64,000 bases of DNA from Paraspadella gotoi (GCA_051294375.1 CM119267.1:12967081-13031080), one strand, 5' to 3'; shown: positions 1 to 60,977, counted from the first letter of the stretch. Notes: generated from the letters alone by a model not told the origin. A program made the numbers and translations.

Positions 1-614
1 TATTACATTAATATTTAATTTTTATTACATCACTAATTAATTATTATTCATCAATAATCAATTACTATTACATCAACAATCAATTACTATTACATCAATC
101 AATCAATTGTTATTACATTAATAATTTGTTATCGTATCAATCTTATTTTTTTTTATTAATTTTCTTTGTTAGTAACGTCTGGCGAGATCACTATACTTTT
201 AAGATTTTTTTTCACTAAATTTTATAATATAATCACAGTTCCTTTTTACATCGATTTAATCGGCATGGAGTGCACAAGAATGAGATGTCCTGGGATACGT
301 TTCCGGACCTTTAGGCTACTCAAAAAAAGGGTAATAAAATTTTTCCTAATGAGTTTTTTATAAATTAATATTAAAATTAGCTATATAAAATCAATAAAGT
401 AGAATAAAAAAAATAAAAAATTGGTTTAAATTCTTTTAAAAATGAAAATATTATGCATCATCCATAATCTATAAACAATTTTCTTTCGTTTGAGTCCATA
501 ACCATTATTCTATCTTTAATAGTATATTTGTAATTAATTTTTCTTTATTAAAATATTATTTAAATTTTTTTCCAAATAATTTAAATTAAAAAAAAATATA
601 ACTAAGAAAAATTT

Positions 615-872
615 TATGAAATTGGTACAACCAATATAAAAATTATCCATTCATTTAATAAATAAGCTATCTTGTCCCTGACTTTGGACAGGCTTTGGTG
701 GTTTAAGGCCTCCATCACACTTACAAGATAATAACATAGCAGGTCCTTGCAAGCTTTCAATCAAGACTCTCTCACAGTCTTATTTATTCACTCCCAGTGA
801 ACCTGGCTTCCCTATCAATGAAGTGGTATAATATTTCAAAGAATGTTTCAATTGTATGAAAAGACCACTCCC
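615..872 (-). mobile_element. 258-bp SINE-like repeat, full-length copy
   Basis: Further copies at 9151-9227, 26754-26923, 30003-30230, 35966-36066, 42097-42324, 42392-42573, 58924-58954 and (inverted, diverged) ~61982-62049. The TATGAAATTGGTACAACC end is fixed and the other end is variable; the strand is inferred from this truncation polarity. Confidence 0.75.
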
Positions 873-1103
873 TACTTACCTACATAATATAGGCCTTCGA
901 ATACATATATAGTAAGTTTATTATGATTATGTTTTGACATAAAAAATAAATAATTTCTAAAATTAAATTTATGAAAAAATTTTGTATTAATCACCTGTCC
1001 TCACATCTGACCACTTTCCTTTACTAAATTCTTTGTTGGAACTCTCCCTCTCTCTCTCTCTCTCTCACTCAATGTTTGTGAAATAAATTATTTGTGATTT
1101 CAA

Positions 1104-1145
1104 ATGCTGATGAAGGCTTGAGTTGTAAGCCGAAACATGTCCAAA
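1104..1145 (+). ncRNA. Minimal hammerhead ribozyme in an isolated pLTR fragment (~930-1190)
   Basis: CTGATGA-aggctt..aagcc-GAAACATGTC downstream of (CT)n. Confidence 0.75.
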
Positions 1146-3989
1146 GTTAATAAAAAACTTTATTGTTGTTCCACGAAAATTTTCTTTAATTAATGAAAAA
1201 ATTTATAACTTTGAATTTTTTTTAGCATAATAAACATAATTTTTAATTAATTGTTCATGATGCTTTTAATAGCTACCTGTCAGTTGTATCCTTCTCAATT
1301 ATAATAATTTTATAACTTCTTTTATTTTTAGTAATACTGACTGCTATTTGACAAAATCCAAAAATTACTGGTATTAAAAGTTCTCTATGAAACATACAAA
1401 AACTTTTTTTTAAATCGCATGCTAATTCATTTTGTGGAGTGATATAATTTTTTTTATTCTACTTTATTAATTTTATATAGCTAATTTTAATATTAAGTTA
1501 TAAAAAAATGTCACTAGGAAAAATTTTATTACCCTTTTTTTGTGTAGCCGATTAAATCGATGTTTTAGCAAAATTGGTCAAGATGCTTTTTACCGAAAGG
1601 TAATATCATTTTCCCTACTTAGAATACTGTCGACAACGCCGCAGGCGACGCGATTTTTATTTTATCTAATTCGTATTTCGTCAAGAAGTTCTCATATTCT
1701 TTCTTCCATTGGCATTGCTGTTGATTATTTAATATTTATGGACGTCTCATAAGAAGCCTGAATCGCTGTGTCAGCATCGTTCCGATTAGTGCCCGTATTT
1801 TCCAGTTTATACATTAAAACAAACATTATACAATATATTTCTGTGACATCAACCGGGATCAAAGGGGGCTCCGAAAGGAATTGGCTCGTTTTCGACTTGG
1901 GCTCCAGTTGCTGGCGAAATATTGGAGCGGTGCCAGATTTTTGTTTGGTCTAAAAATCTTTTTTCCAGTCTTCTAGAGAGAGAAAGATAGATTTTTTCTT
2001 TTCGAGAATAGGATTAGTGGTTTCTACTCTGACTAACGTATTTTTGATATTTTAGGCACAGCACTGCCTTTTACCCTGTCCTTTAAGTGGAAATACTTTT
2101 TGCTACTATGAAAAGGCCACAGATATATATGTATTCTATAACTACTATAAGTATAAGTTTTAAAACATTTTCATTCATAAAACTCACTCAGCCCTCTTCT
2201 AGACTTCGCTAAACCCAAAATTCATGAAAGTGTACGGGAATAGTTTATTTGGTCACAATCACAAAAAAATGCAAGAGAACACTTCAAAAAAAGTATGAGA
2301 GTACAAATAGGCGATGATTCTCGTTCTTATAATCAGTATCCGTTAAAATGGCGTAGATGGAAATGGTCCTATCGGGTAAGAAAATTAATTTCGTGTCCAT
2401 TGATCATGAATTGAATGATCGCGCATGCAAGGATGTAAGCGCGAATAAATACTTAAAAAAAGTCTAGTACTTAAATGGAAAATTGAATTTAAAGGTTTTT
2501 CCAAATAAACCTCATTTTTAAGTAAATTTACATTAGCCGACGTAATTCAGAAAATTTACGGTTGAAATTATAAAAACTGTATTACAACTATTTTATTTTC
2601 AAAAAAATAAAAGGTTTAAACGATTATCTAGTGTTTTTTATTTAATAAGTTAATTGTATGTTGATTTGTTCAAAAAGAATTACAAATAGGCAAGATCAGG
2701 CACAGCTGGGATCTGAAAGGATGTTATATATTAGTTCCTTTTCAAATTTCCCTAATAGTTGAAAGCTAGTGTCGCGATATATTTAAAATTCCAATTATCT
2801 CAGGCTCTCGCGTTTTCTTGTGCCTTATTGAAACTTTCAATTAATACTCCTATTGATGTGAAATAAGTTATTAACTTATTTAATGCTTTCAGCATTCAGT
2901 TACATTTGTGCAGAATGAGGAAGAACGAATATTTAAATATAAACTTCCTTGTCAAAAACAACTTTGGTTATCTTGAAATATCTGTTGAATTGAGCATTAG
3001 GAAAAAATTTTCAAGCTCATTTTTAAATATCTGTAGCTATAGTCGGCAATTTTTTTTCGACTACCAACATATTTGAACGGGTAAATATTAGTTTTTTCGG
3101 GAAAAACACCGACTTATGTACATAACAAATTAGCCGGACTAGATCTGGGCGAACATTTAAAAAAAAAAATCGAATAAAACATGAGGAACAAGCAAGAATA
3201 TCGTTAGGATTTCATGCGGGGAAGGTATTTGGTTAGGAAAGGGATGAGTCTGGAAAATTGGATCCATTTGGGACGAGAAGCGAGTACACGAGAATGGAAA
3301 GGAAAAAGAAGAAACATTTAATTTATTATGAAATAAATACCGAAATGACTTACGAATGTAAAAAAACCAAAACTAAGTTCTACCATACATTAGCTACATT
3401 AATTTTATTATGCTGAATAAATTAAGCTTCAGTGAGAGAAACAAAATATAATTTAGTGTAAATAAACGTACTTGTCGCAATAAATTAAAAACGAAAATCG
3501 TTTCAAGTAATGTTATTTTTATCAATCTATGCCAGTATGAACAAAATAACATTGCCTTTGCGTTAAATCAAAAACGTAATAATAATTCAAGTTGAAAAAA
3601 AACGAAGGCGGTAAATTTTGCCAAAAATAAAAACAATCTTGACGTAAACCGGAAAGAAGCTGCGCAGTTGCGGGTTTTATGTGTCGCAAAATAAATCGCG
3701 GGGGGGGGGGGTGGGGGCGGTGGTCGGAAATTTGCGCGGACTCGTGGATGCGCGTGCGAGTGTGACCTTTCATCATTTCGATTGCGTCGTGAGCGTATTG
3801 TTGAGAGCTGTGGAAGGTTTGGCGTGCTGCGATTGATTGACGCCCCGTGGAAGGCGCGAGAGGCGTCCTGTCGTTTTATTCGGTCGACTATAGTTCATTT
3901 TATCGGTAAATGTGATGGAGTGGTCTTTGAATGAGGGTTGATGTGACTCTGGTGTTTTTTTTTCTTTCTTGCATTTGAATATTTCTCCT

Positions 3990-51891
<47,902 letters not shown>

Positions 51892-53837
51892 CTTCGCGGT
51901 TCTTTTATTTTTCGTGAGGGGGGGGGGAGGATTAAGGGAAACGTGGAAAGAAGTTTCAGTATGTTTTGTTTGCTTGAATTGACTTTTTAATTAATTTAAT
52001 TTCGGTTTATTTTCGCGGCGACTTTCTTGTTAAATAGGCTTCGTTTCAGTAGTTTTTTTTTGTTTATTTGTTGACTAGGCGAGTAAATAATGTTTTTTGG
52101 GAATATAATTGGCAATTGGTTTTTGGAAATAAGTTAACGTTTATATAATAAATAAAATTTGGGCGAGGGGGGGAGGCGTTGCCTGTCGTCGAGTCACCGT
52201 AAACAGCTTGAGATCAACGAAGAACAATGAGGTTGGGTGGAGCTGGGATTCCACGAAATGAGATAATGTTTTTTTAAACACGCCAATGGACGGTTGGGAG
52301 CGTGGTTTAAAGGGCAAAGATGAGCAAAAGACAAGCTTAATTGAAATATAATTTACTATTTCGTTAAATTTCGTTTTCGTCCGATTCGAAGTTTCCGAAA
52401 CTTCCTCGTGTCCGTGGGCCTTTCCAGGCAAATTTCACATCACACGCTTTTGTGTTTATTTTCTTTTGTTTTTGTTTAATTTTTTAAATTTTTTGTTTCG
52501 ACGCCGCAGGAGGCGCTTTCGTCGGCAAAGTGATCTCTTCTTCTTCCGGCGGCGGCGGCGTTCGGCGGCGGCTTTCGTGGGCGGCGTTACCTCGAAACGA
52601 AGCGTTCCAAACGTCGACAGATGCTGGAGGAATTTCTAGACATCGTCGTCGTCGACGTAAACGAAGAGAAGAAATATATTCGATGGAGAAGAAAAAATCT
52701 TCGTCGTCCTCAAATCTCCGTCGTCGTTACTGTCGTCGTCGTCTCCGTCTTATTCGGCCTCATGAGATCCACTGCCGCATGAGAAAGAAAAAATCGTATG
52801 TCATGAGCACTCCCGTATTTAAAAGAGAATCGGAAAGAAAAAAAAGTTTAAAAAAAAATGTCGTGTCTTGAGGAAAAACGGTAGACGAGGATGAAATGAT
52901 CGTAACTCGAAAATGTCATGCTGCTTGAGAACGAAATGCCATGAGGCGACGAGATGTAGAGAAACTTATCTTTATCGTCGTTTCTTCGTTGGCGCAGGGA
53001 AAAAAATATATAATCTGGCACGAAAAGAGGAGGGGGGAGGGAAAAAGAGATTTATATCAAAAAAGTGGAGAATGACACTACAGCGGATTGTAAAGGAAAA
53101 GCGAATCGGAGTGGACGACGGCATGGGGCGACCGGGCGAGCGGCATGGGCGGACGTGAAAAGCGAGGATTAGTAGAGAAGCACGTTGATTGAGGGGAAAC
53201 AAAAGGTCATTGGGTGACAAGGTTGGCCGAGACGGAACTGGCCGTGTTGGGGAAATGAAGAGGAAAATGGCAACTTTGACCTTGATACAATTAGGCAACA
53301 ATTAATGCAAATATATAAAGAACGTCTTAAAAACCAAAGTATTTCGGATTTAATTAATTAATCAAAATAGTTGCCGGTTCAATTTCCCTCTTTCTTTCAG
53401 AATCGCGAAGAAAGACCGACAAAATGGACTTCTCGACCGACTTTTGTCTCTTGCGGTGACCGTAGTATTTAACGAACACAAAAAATATCTTCATAAAAAT
53501 AAAAATTATTTTTATTTTTCGTAATCTGCCCGTTCCGAGGATTTAAAGGGACAAATGGAGACGAACCCTCCGAATATCCGAAATGTCTCTATCTCTCTCT
53601 CGGTTGTTGTTATTTTCCTTTAGCGGCGAAATCGACGACCTGCGACGACGATGACGACGACGACGACGACTACGTTGGGAAAAAATAGATTCACTTCCCC
53701 GAATTTCGCCGCCACGATTCGGGAAGAGGAGGCGACGATGGGGAAGAGGGGGAAGAGGAGGAGAACCGACGGGATTAGCCGATAGGAGGGGGAAGAGGAG
53801 GAGGAAGACGAAGTGCGATAAACGAGTGAGAGAGAGA

Positions 53838-53876
<39 letters not shown>

Positions 53877-55163
53877 ATGTGTGGAGGAAAGGGGGATAGA
53901 GAGAGTGAGCTAAAGAATTGCAGGGGAAACGGAAGTGGTTTGTATTTCCTTTTTTTCTCTTCCTTTGTGAAATCGATGAGTCGTTTCTCTGAGAAACGAG
54001 CGACGTCGCTTGGGTTAAAACTTTTATTTTACTCTCGGTAATCTTTTATTAATGCCAGCAGGTCTTAATGTTTTAATCTCTGGGTTGAGTTAACTCGACT
54101 GTTTAGTGTTTATTCGTCAGTATATCTTTGACTTATATCTAAATGGAAACAGATTAGTTTACTATCACAAAGGAGACGACAAATATATCTTTCAGATTCT
54201 CTATAAACGAGGGTTTTACACAGGAGAGAAATATACTTTTGTTGTCAGCTGATAGTTTTAGTTTTTGCCGGGATAAAACAACTTTAGGACATAATTATGA
54301 GAGAGAGTGAGAGAGAGAGAGAGAATAAAGATAAAAAAGAATAGAAAGAGAATTTCACTAATTGGCGAAAGTAGCTTTAAAATAGAAATATAACTGACAA
54401 ATTTATGATTGAATTTGCTAAAATTAAGAAGAGAAACATTATTTTAAATAAATTCCAACAAATTATAATAAATTAAATATAATTTATTAGAATATTTTGG
54501 GGTATTAATATATGAACTGTAAATCTTTTTCAAATATAAAAATTTGCTTAACATTGACATTAAATTAGTTTAAGTCCTAGAATATTTTAAATAAAACACA
54601 AACTAATCTTATTTAAAAAAAAATAGCAGCTAAAAAAAAAACTTTCACCAAGTTTGATGACAGGGTTTGGAGTCCCGCACATAATTTTTTTTGGATTAAG
54701 ATTAAGATATTTTTTAATATGTTATTGAATGTTATTTCACACTTTAACTGAGTTAAAACTTTTGTGAACGATAAAAAATAAAAAAATTTCTTATACTCTT
54801 TTGTTTGTATATCATGAACATTAATTTTGTACTTTCTGTATCTTAAACGAATCTTTTTACATAATCAGCTAGGTTATGAGTCAAGTAAATTGTAGGAGAG
54901 TAAGCAAAGAATTCTAGTGATCTTTGACTTTTATGATAAGATGCCAAAGTCTTTGACATATTTTTATATCATTTTTCTGATCGAAGCTTCCATCTTTTCA
55001 AGTATATCAGGATATATATGCATTGCAGATCTCTTTAAATTTATGCATCTACATTAATAATGTTATTATTATTACTAGTCTTTTTATCACCTTTCAATTT
55101 ATCATTTATCAATCTACTAATCTATTAGTCGGTTTTTGGCCTGGTAGTAGCTTATATACTTAA

Positions 55164-55739
55164 TAGGGTGGAGTGATGAAAAGATTGAGCAATGGAACAA
55201 TTTTTTTTGCTGCCAAAAAAAATTTGCATAACAGTATCATTAATTGAATTTTTTTTATAGTAATATCCTTATAAAATTATAAAATTTCAAAATCATATTT
55301 TCTTAATTTTAAAAACAGTTTTGGATTCGCCGGAAAAAACTGAAAAACTTTTGTAAAATATGTTACATGATATTTTTAGATTAAAGCTGCGAAAAAGGAT
55401 TAAAAAGTTTCTATTACAAAGTATAAAAAAGTAGAGAATTTGACCTTTTTTTCTATTTTTGACGCTGAAGACATTAAAATTTTTAATAATACTTTTTATA
55501 TTTTTTATCTAACTTTTTGTGAAGAATCAGAATTTTTAATAAAAATTAAAAAACAAAAATTATTTTGAAAATTTATGATTTTTTAAAAATATTACTATAA
55601 ATATATTGTAATTAATGATACTGTTCCCCAAACAATATAAGCAAAATATTTTTTATACTCCTTAATCATACTATCTCACATCTAAATATACTTGTTTGAT
55701 CACTCAAATAAAATTTATGTTCCCCAGTGCTCCACTCTA
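55164..55739. mobile_element. hAT-type MITE
   Basis: TAGGGTGGAG...CTCCACTCTA ends; 8-bp TSD ATACTTAA. Confidence 0.85.
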
Positions 55740-57147
55740 ATACTTAAGGCCATATCACTGCGGTTACTTCATTATGCTTTTATTCCGGGTGTAATTTTGG
55801 GGTTAAAATGCAGCAATAGCAAAGTAAATGTAGAGTTAATAAGGAAATAAAACCCCAAAAGACATATATTGCTTTATTTAAAAAAAAAAAATTATTCAAA
55901 AATTGCCTAACTTAATTAAGAAAATTTTTTTCTTTACCTGAGTAATTTGAGTGACATATTGCTCAGTTAATCAGGCAAAATATTACCTAAGTTCACCCTT
56001 TATATTTCACTTCATCTCACTCTCAGAGATTAACGGAACCTCAAACTCGGTTATTCTTTTGTCATAAGAGTTGCTGAGCAAAGAACAAAGAGGTCGCTCG
56101 GGATTTGAAAAAAAAGTTTGTTCATTTTTTTCTCATGAAGTGAAGTTAAAACAGAGTCATTCATTTAATACGGGACTCTCTCGGAAGAACCTCTTTTAAA
56201 ACCTTTCTTGAAATTTAAAGCTAGCGGGCACAGCGGGCACAGCTGATAAACTTTTCGGGTCATAATAACCAGTCAAAATATTTAGAGGAAAACTACTGTC
56301 TTTCTCAGCGTTCAAAAACTAAAGAAATACCGCAAGGATCCACGGGATTATAAAAACTTTGCGAGACTCTATAAGATAAAACTAGTCTGCACGATTTTAT
56401 AACTTGTATCAGTAATTATTATTAATCTAAAACGAAAACGAGTGGGTGTCATCGGGGCAGGCGTTTCCGCACTGGCGGCGCTAAAACAATGTCTCGACGC
56501 CGGGCTAGAACCCACGGCCTTCGAACGACATTCACGTCTCGGGGGCGTGTGGGTGTATGATGAGAGTCTCCGCCAATGTCAAGGATCCTTCATCTACGAC
56601 ACTCTCGTCACCAACACATCCAAGGAATTCACGAGCTTGTCGGGTAAGACATTGGGGTCTTTGATTCGTTTCTATCTAAAAGTTTAGTTGTAACTAGGCT
56701 AGGCTAGGCTATCTATCAACACACAAAGTTCAAGTAATTATTTCCTGATTAGGGAGTTTTATACCCGTATATTTAGACATATGAAAAAAATTGATGCTCA
56801 ATTAATGTACACATAAAACGGCATCAATTAATAATTTATCAATTGTAGGGGTACATAATACATGATTTATTGGCAATAAACAGATACGAGGAGATGTGTA
56901 CATGTAAAGATCGAATATTGAGAGTGTAACCTGAGAAACGGGGCACAGGCTAAGAAAGAGAGAAAGAGAGCGAGAGAGCGAGAGAGCGAGAGAGCAAGAG
57001 AGAAAGAGAGAGAGAGAGAGAGAGAGTCACTGGTCAGCTGGGGTCAACCCCGTGGCGACGAAACCGTCGTCGCCACATCCCCGCCCCCCGCGAAAAGCTC
57101 TTTGGACTTTCTTCTTTTGTTGGATGCCGTGGCTGTCTGGTGGCGTG

Positions 57148-57540
57148 GGTTAGATTCACTCCTAGAAATATAAAAAAGAATTGTGCTTTTGTTAAATGAG
57201 GATTTAATTGAACCCCTAATACAATTGGAGCTCAAAAAGTAATTCCTGCAAAAATTGCAAATACAGCCCCTATTGAAAGAACGTAGTGGAAATGAGAACT
57301 ACATAGTAAGTGTCCTGTAAAGCAATATCTAATGATCTATTAGCTAACACAATTCCTGTTAGTCCACCAACAGTAAATAAAAAAAAACCTAATACTCATA
57401 GTATTGGTGTTTCGGATAAAAATGGCCTTCAAAAAAGAGTTGATATTCAAGAAAAGATTTTAATACCAGTGGGAACGGCAATAATTATATATTATATCTA
57501 CATCTATTCCTACAGTAAATATATGGTGTGCTCATACAAC
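57148..57540 (-). pseudogene. cox1: Nuclear copy of mitochondrial cox1 fragment (NUMT)
   Basis: With TGA=W, ATA=M, AGA=S the minus strand reads [83 protein letters not shown], with small deletions and frameshifts. Confidence 0.95.
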
Positions 57541-58009
57541 GTCGCGACACAATCTTTATTGACGTTGATATCATATACCCAATTAGCCAATTTTTCTAAA
57601 GTAAATTTTGATTATTTATCATATTATCATTATTTATTCTATGCAATCACAAATATCTCGCCTCTCCCGCAGACTTCCCATTTCGCTCCACCGATCCGCC
57701 CTACCTCCCACATCGCAAAGTCCTCCTCTACTACTTAAGATATGCCAAACGTCATCGACTCAAGGATCACATCCGCTTCGGGACTCGCGTCGACCGAGTG
57801 GAGCAGGTGCCGGTTACTGAGAAGAAGGTGCCGACAGGAGAAGACGCTGCTCCGCCTGGCGAGTGGAAGATCTCGACGACGACGACGAACGAAAACGGAG
57901 AAGTTAAGAAGGAGGAAGTCTTTTTCGACTTCGTTCTCCTGTGCAGCGGAGTCGACGCGAAACCTTTCGTGTCAGGTCAGGAAAAATAGAAATTGGGGAA
58001 TAGTTGGAA

Positions 58010-58300
58010 CAATGGATGGATTTAAAATAAATTTGATTTGATTTGATGGATTTGAATTAACTTTGATTTGTAATTTGATTTGATATGAATTTTGATTTGA
58101 AATTTAAAATTTGATTTGAACTTGATTTTGTTTTAGTTAATTTTAATTATATTTATTTCCATTTAATTCAATTCAATTTGATTTAAATTTAAATTTTTAT
58201 TAGATTTGATTAGAATGTTCATTTGATTAGATGGGATAAGAATTTTGATTTGATTTGAAATTTGATTTGAGATTTGATTTGATTTTATTGAATTTAATTG
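58010..58300. repeat. Degenerate (GATTT)n intronic satellite
   Basis: Seen directly in the sequence. Confidence 0.8.
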
Positions 58301-58642
58301 ATGAATTTATTTTGTTTTGTCAAATTCTCCTCCCCCTGGTCTCTCTTCCTTCACCGGCCGCGTCCTCCATTCGAAACTGTTTCGCCACGGCGATGACTTC
58401 TCCGGAGCCGCCTTCGTCGGCTCCTCTCACTCTGCCGGCGACTTCCCCGTCGAAGCCCCGAGAGTCGCCGAGGAAGTCTTGCTGAGCACGAGGAACGGGA
58501 CCTAGGTTGTCCCTAGGGCGGTGAGTTGTGACTTATTACAATAATTACATTATGGTATTTTTCCTTTCTGTTTCGTTGCGTTTTGATTTAGAACAAAGTT
58601 TTTGAAAAATAGTTATAACAACGATTTTATTTCATAGCGAAA

Positions 58643-58705
58643 CGGACATGTTTCGACTCACATACGACACATACGACACTCACATTACGAGCCTTCATCA
58701 GCGCC
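58643..58705 (-). ncRNA. Minimal hammerhead ribozyme with expanded loop II in a pLTR fragment
   Basis: Minus strand cgCTGATGA-aggctc..(short tandem duplications)..gagtc-GAAACATGTC-cg. Confidence 0.7.
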
Positions 58706-59753
58706 ATTTCAATTTGTGAATTTGAAATGAATTTTGTGCATAAAGAAAGAGAGAGAGAGAGAGGGACTGAAGTCGACCAAACCGCTCTACAGGGGAAGCA
58801 TCATGATCAACGACGCCATCGTGGCGAGGATTATGGCCGGGGAGGTAAGTCTTGGTAGGGAATTACAGACGTGAGATTGTGAGGCTCTGATCTGATTGGG
58901 AAGGGTGAGAAAAAACGGCAGATTATGAAATTTGTACAACCAATCCATTCATTCAATATCTATCTATCATGCCACTATTAGTTAAAAGAATTGATCCTTT
59001 ACGATGTATAAAAACGGTTTCTCATGATAATGTCAATCAATCGATCAGATTAAAGCGTAACCTGACATCGAACGCTTTACCGAGACCAGTATTGAATTCG
59101 TGGACGAAACTCACGTGGAAAAGTCGACGTCGTCTTTTTCGCTACAGGGTGAGCTCGTTAAAGTTTATCTTCAAATCAAGAGCATTCGTTTTTTGAATTT
59201 TGATGTCTTGGTTTTTTTAGATACACCCCAACTTGGTCGTACATCGACTCCAGTTTGGTCTCGTCGGGAGTTGAAAACCGAATACGTTTTCCCACCAAAA
59301 TTGGGGCGTAAGCCAACGCTGGAGGTCGACCAACGCGATTTCGGCGGTCATAATATTAAAAAAGTGCTTGAACATAAAATACTTAAAATTTCCCAATGAT
59401 TTTGTGAATTAGTGCCTTTACTGAATTTTTTTGCAAATCATTTACCATAAAATTTCGCTTTTGGCTTCACCTCCTCAGGAGCCGGTGACGTTCCGATGGT
59501 AGAGATGCAATGTCGCTGGGCGACCCGGATATTCAATCACGAAATCGCTCTCCCGCCCACGGATGTAATGAGAAAGCACGTTTGAAGGGAGCAAGCGGCG
59601 ACCGTAGAGAGATACGGAAGGCCGAGATGTTCTATCCAGGTCATTCCTTACGTGGACACTGGACAGGCTCGCCTCTTACGTTGGATGCAGGCCGAATCTA
59701 TTTAAGTTAATATTCAGCGATCCGATTCTGGCCTTTAAGTAAGTAAGGCCAGG

Positions 59754-59993
59754 TGTGGCGGTATATTCACACCGCCTTACGTCCATCAGCGTTCAACCAG
59801 TCCCATTGGCACAGAGGGGGAACACACCATCCCAGGTGTGGTCCTAACGACTTCCTTCTACGTTGGCAAAGCGAGACCGACCTAGGGTAACCGCGCCAGT
59901 GACTGGAGGCATCACTGAGGGTCGGAAACCCCAAAGCCAACAGTGAGATGCCCCATCCCAATGGGCATCACAGGCAACCCGGCTGTTACTATA
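59754..59993 (+). mobile_element. 240-bp GC-rich multi-hairpin solo-LTR-like element
   Basis: TGTGG...CTATA termini, 4-bp TSD CAGG (59750-59753/59994-59997); lies in the last FMO intron. Confidence 0.7.
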
Positions 59994-60977
59994 CAGGGAT
60001 ACTTATTAATCAATTAATTACTATGTTAACAAATTTTCAGCATTTTATTTGGCCCTTGTGTGGCTCCCGTTTATCGCTTGACCGGCCCCAACCAATGGCC
60101 CGGAGCGCGCGATGCCGTTTTGTCCGTGAAAATGAACTATGAGGCACCGATAAGGACGTGTAGCATAAGATCTGCGAATTACAGCGATGAAAATTTCTCA
60201 AAAAATTAAACGGAATATGATGGGCTTTTGATGAAAATGTTCTTTTTCGTCGGATTTTTCGTGTGATTGTTTATTGCATTTTATATGAGAGATCAATTTT
60301 TTATCAATGAGCAATATTGATTATCGTGCGTTGCTTAATTACTATTTTTTACGAAATCAAGATCATTAACGTTGGCATTTTATTAAATTTTAATTTATTT
60401 TAGTATAAAATTTCTTATTTTATGATTGTTTTACTATTCTAATGCTAATTTAATCAACTAAAGAGTAAAGACGTTTGTACTACTGCGTTGTAATTGAAAA
60501 TTCGTCTCCTTAAAAGTAAACAATGAAAATAGGGGAGTTACAGACTATGTTGTATTGTGTTATAATTTTAATTCAATAAAATTCATGAGCATTGTTCTTT
60601 TGTTGAGATTTAGATGCTTTCTTGCTATCCGTTTTTTTCGCTTTAAGAAAACAAAACTAAACGAAACAAAAGCCAATCTATTTTTTTTTCGCGAAAAATA
60701 GATTTCATCATTTCGCAGAAATGTTAATGCCTCAATTTTTGGGGAACGCTTATCGCGTTTTCCATTTTCCACTGGTAATTCCGAGAAACGTTGGTATTAA
60801 ATTCATAAGCAAAGTGGCGTCGAAAAAAAGAACTTTCACTGAGGACTCCAGCTTATCCAAGTATTATGAAATTACAGTGAAATTTGTGAGTAAAAAGTTA
60901 TCTTTAGTAACTCGCGAAAAATATTTTTTTTTGTCAGAAAGAAACATAAAAAAAGTCAGCGAAGTGAATACGACGAC

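Larger units (their letters stand above)
249..1563. mobile_element. MITE with ~120-bp terminal inverted repeats, hosting nested repeats
   Basis: acatcgatttaatcggc..aaaaaaagggtaataaaatttttccta (249-410) is the reverse complement of 1450-1563. Confidence 0.7.
56430..60310 (+). pseudogene. FMO: Flavin-containing monooxygenase (FMO) pseudogene, intron-containing
   Basis: Exon remnants ~56430-56643 (RVGVIGAGVSA), 57673-57975, 58324-58520 (FTGRVLHSKLFR = FxGxxxHxxxF/Y), 58764-58844, 59049-59148 (VFFATG), 59221-59325, 59479-59738 (EMQCRWATRIF), 60041-60310 (FGPC..YRLTGP.QWPGARDA). Lesions: no in-frame ATG, AA in place of an AG acceptor at 58322-58323, TAG for Trp at 58503, TAA at 59058, frameshifts, and a lost segment before 58764. 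Confidence 0.9.

Noticed and set aside
52591-52643. Alternative first coding exon (MSRNSSS..., donor GTAACG)
   Set aside because: Phase 2 is incompatible with the phase 1 acceptor at 47932; could be a 5'UTR exon but unsupported.
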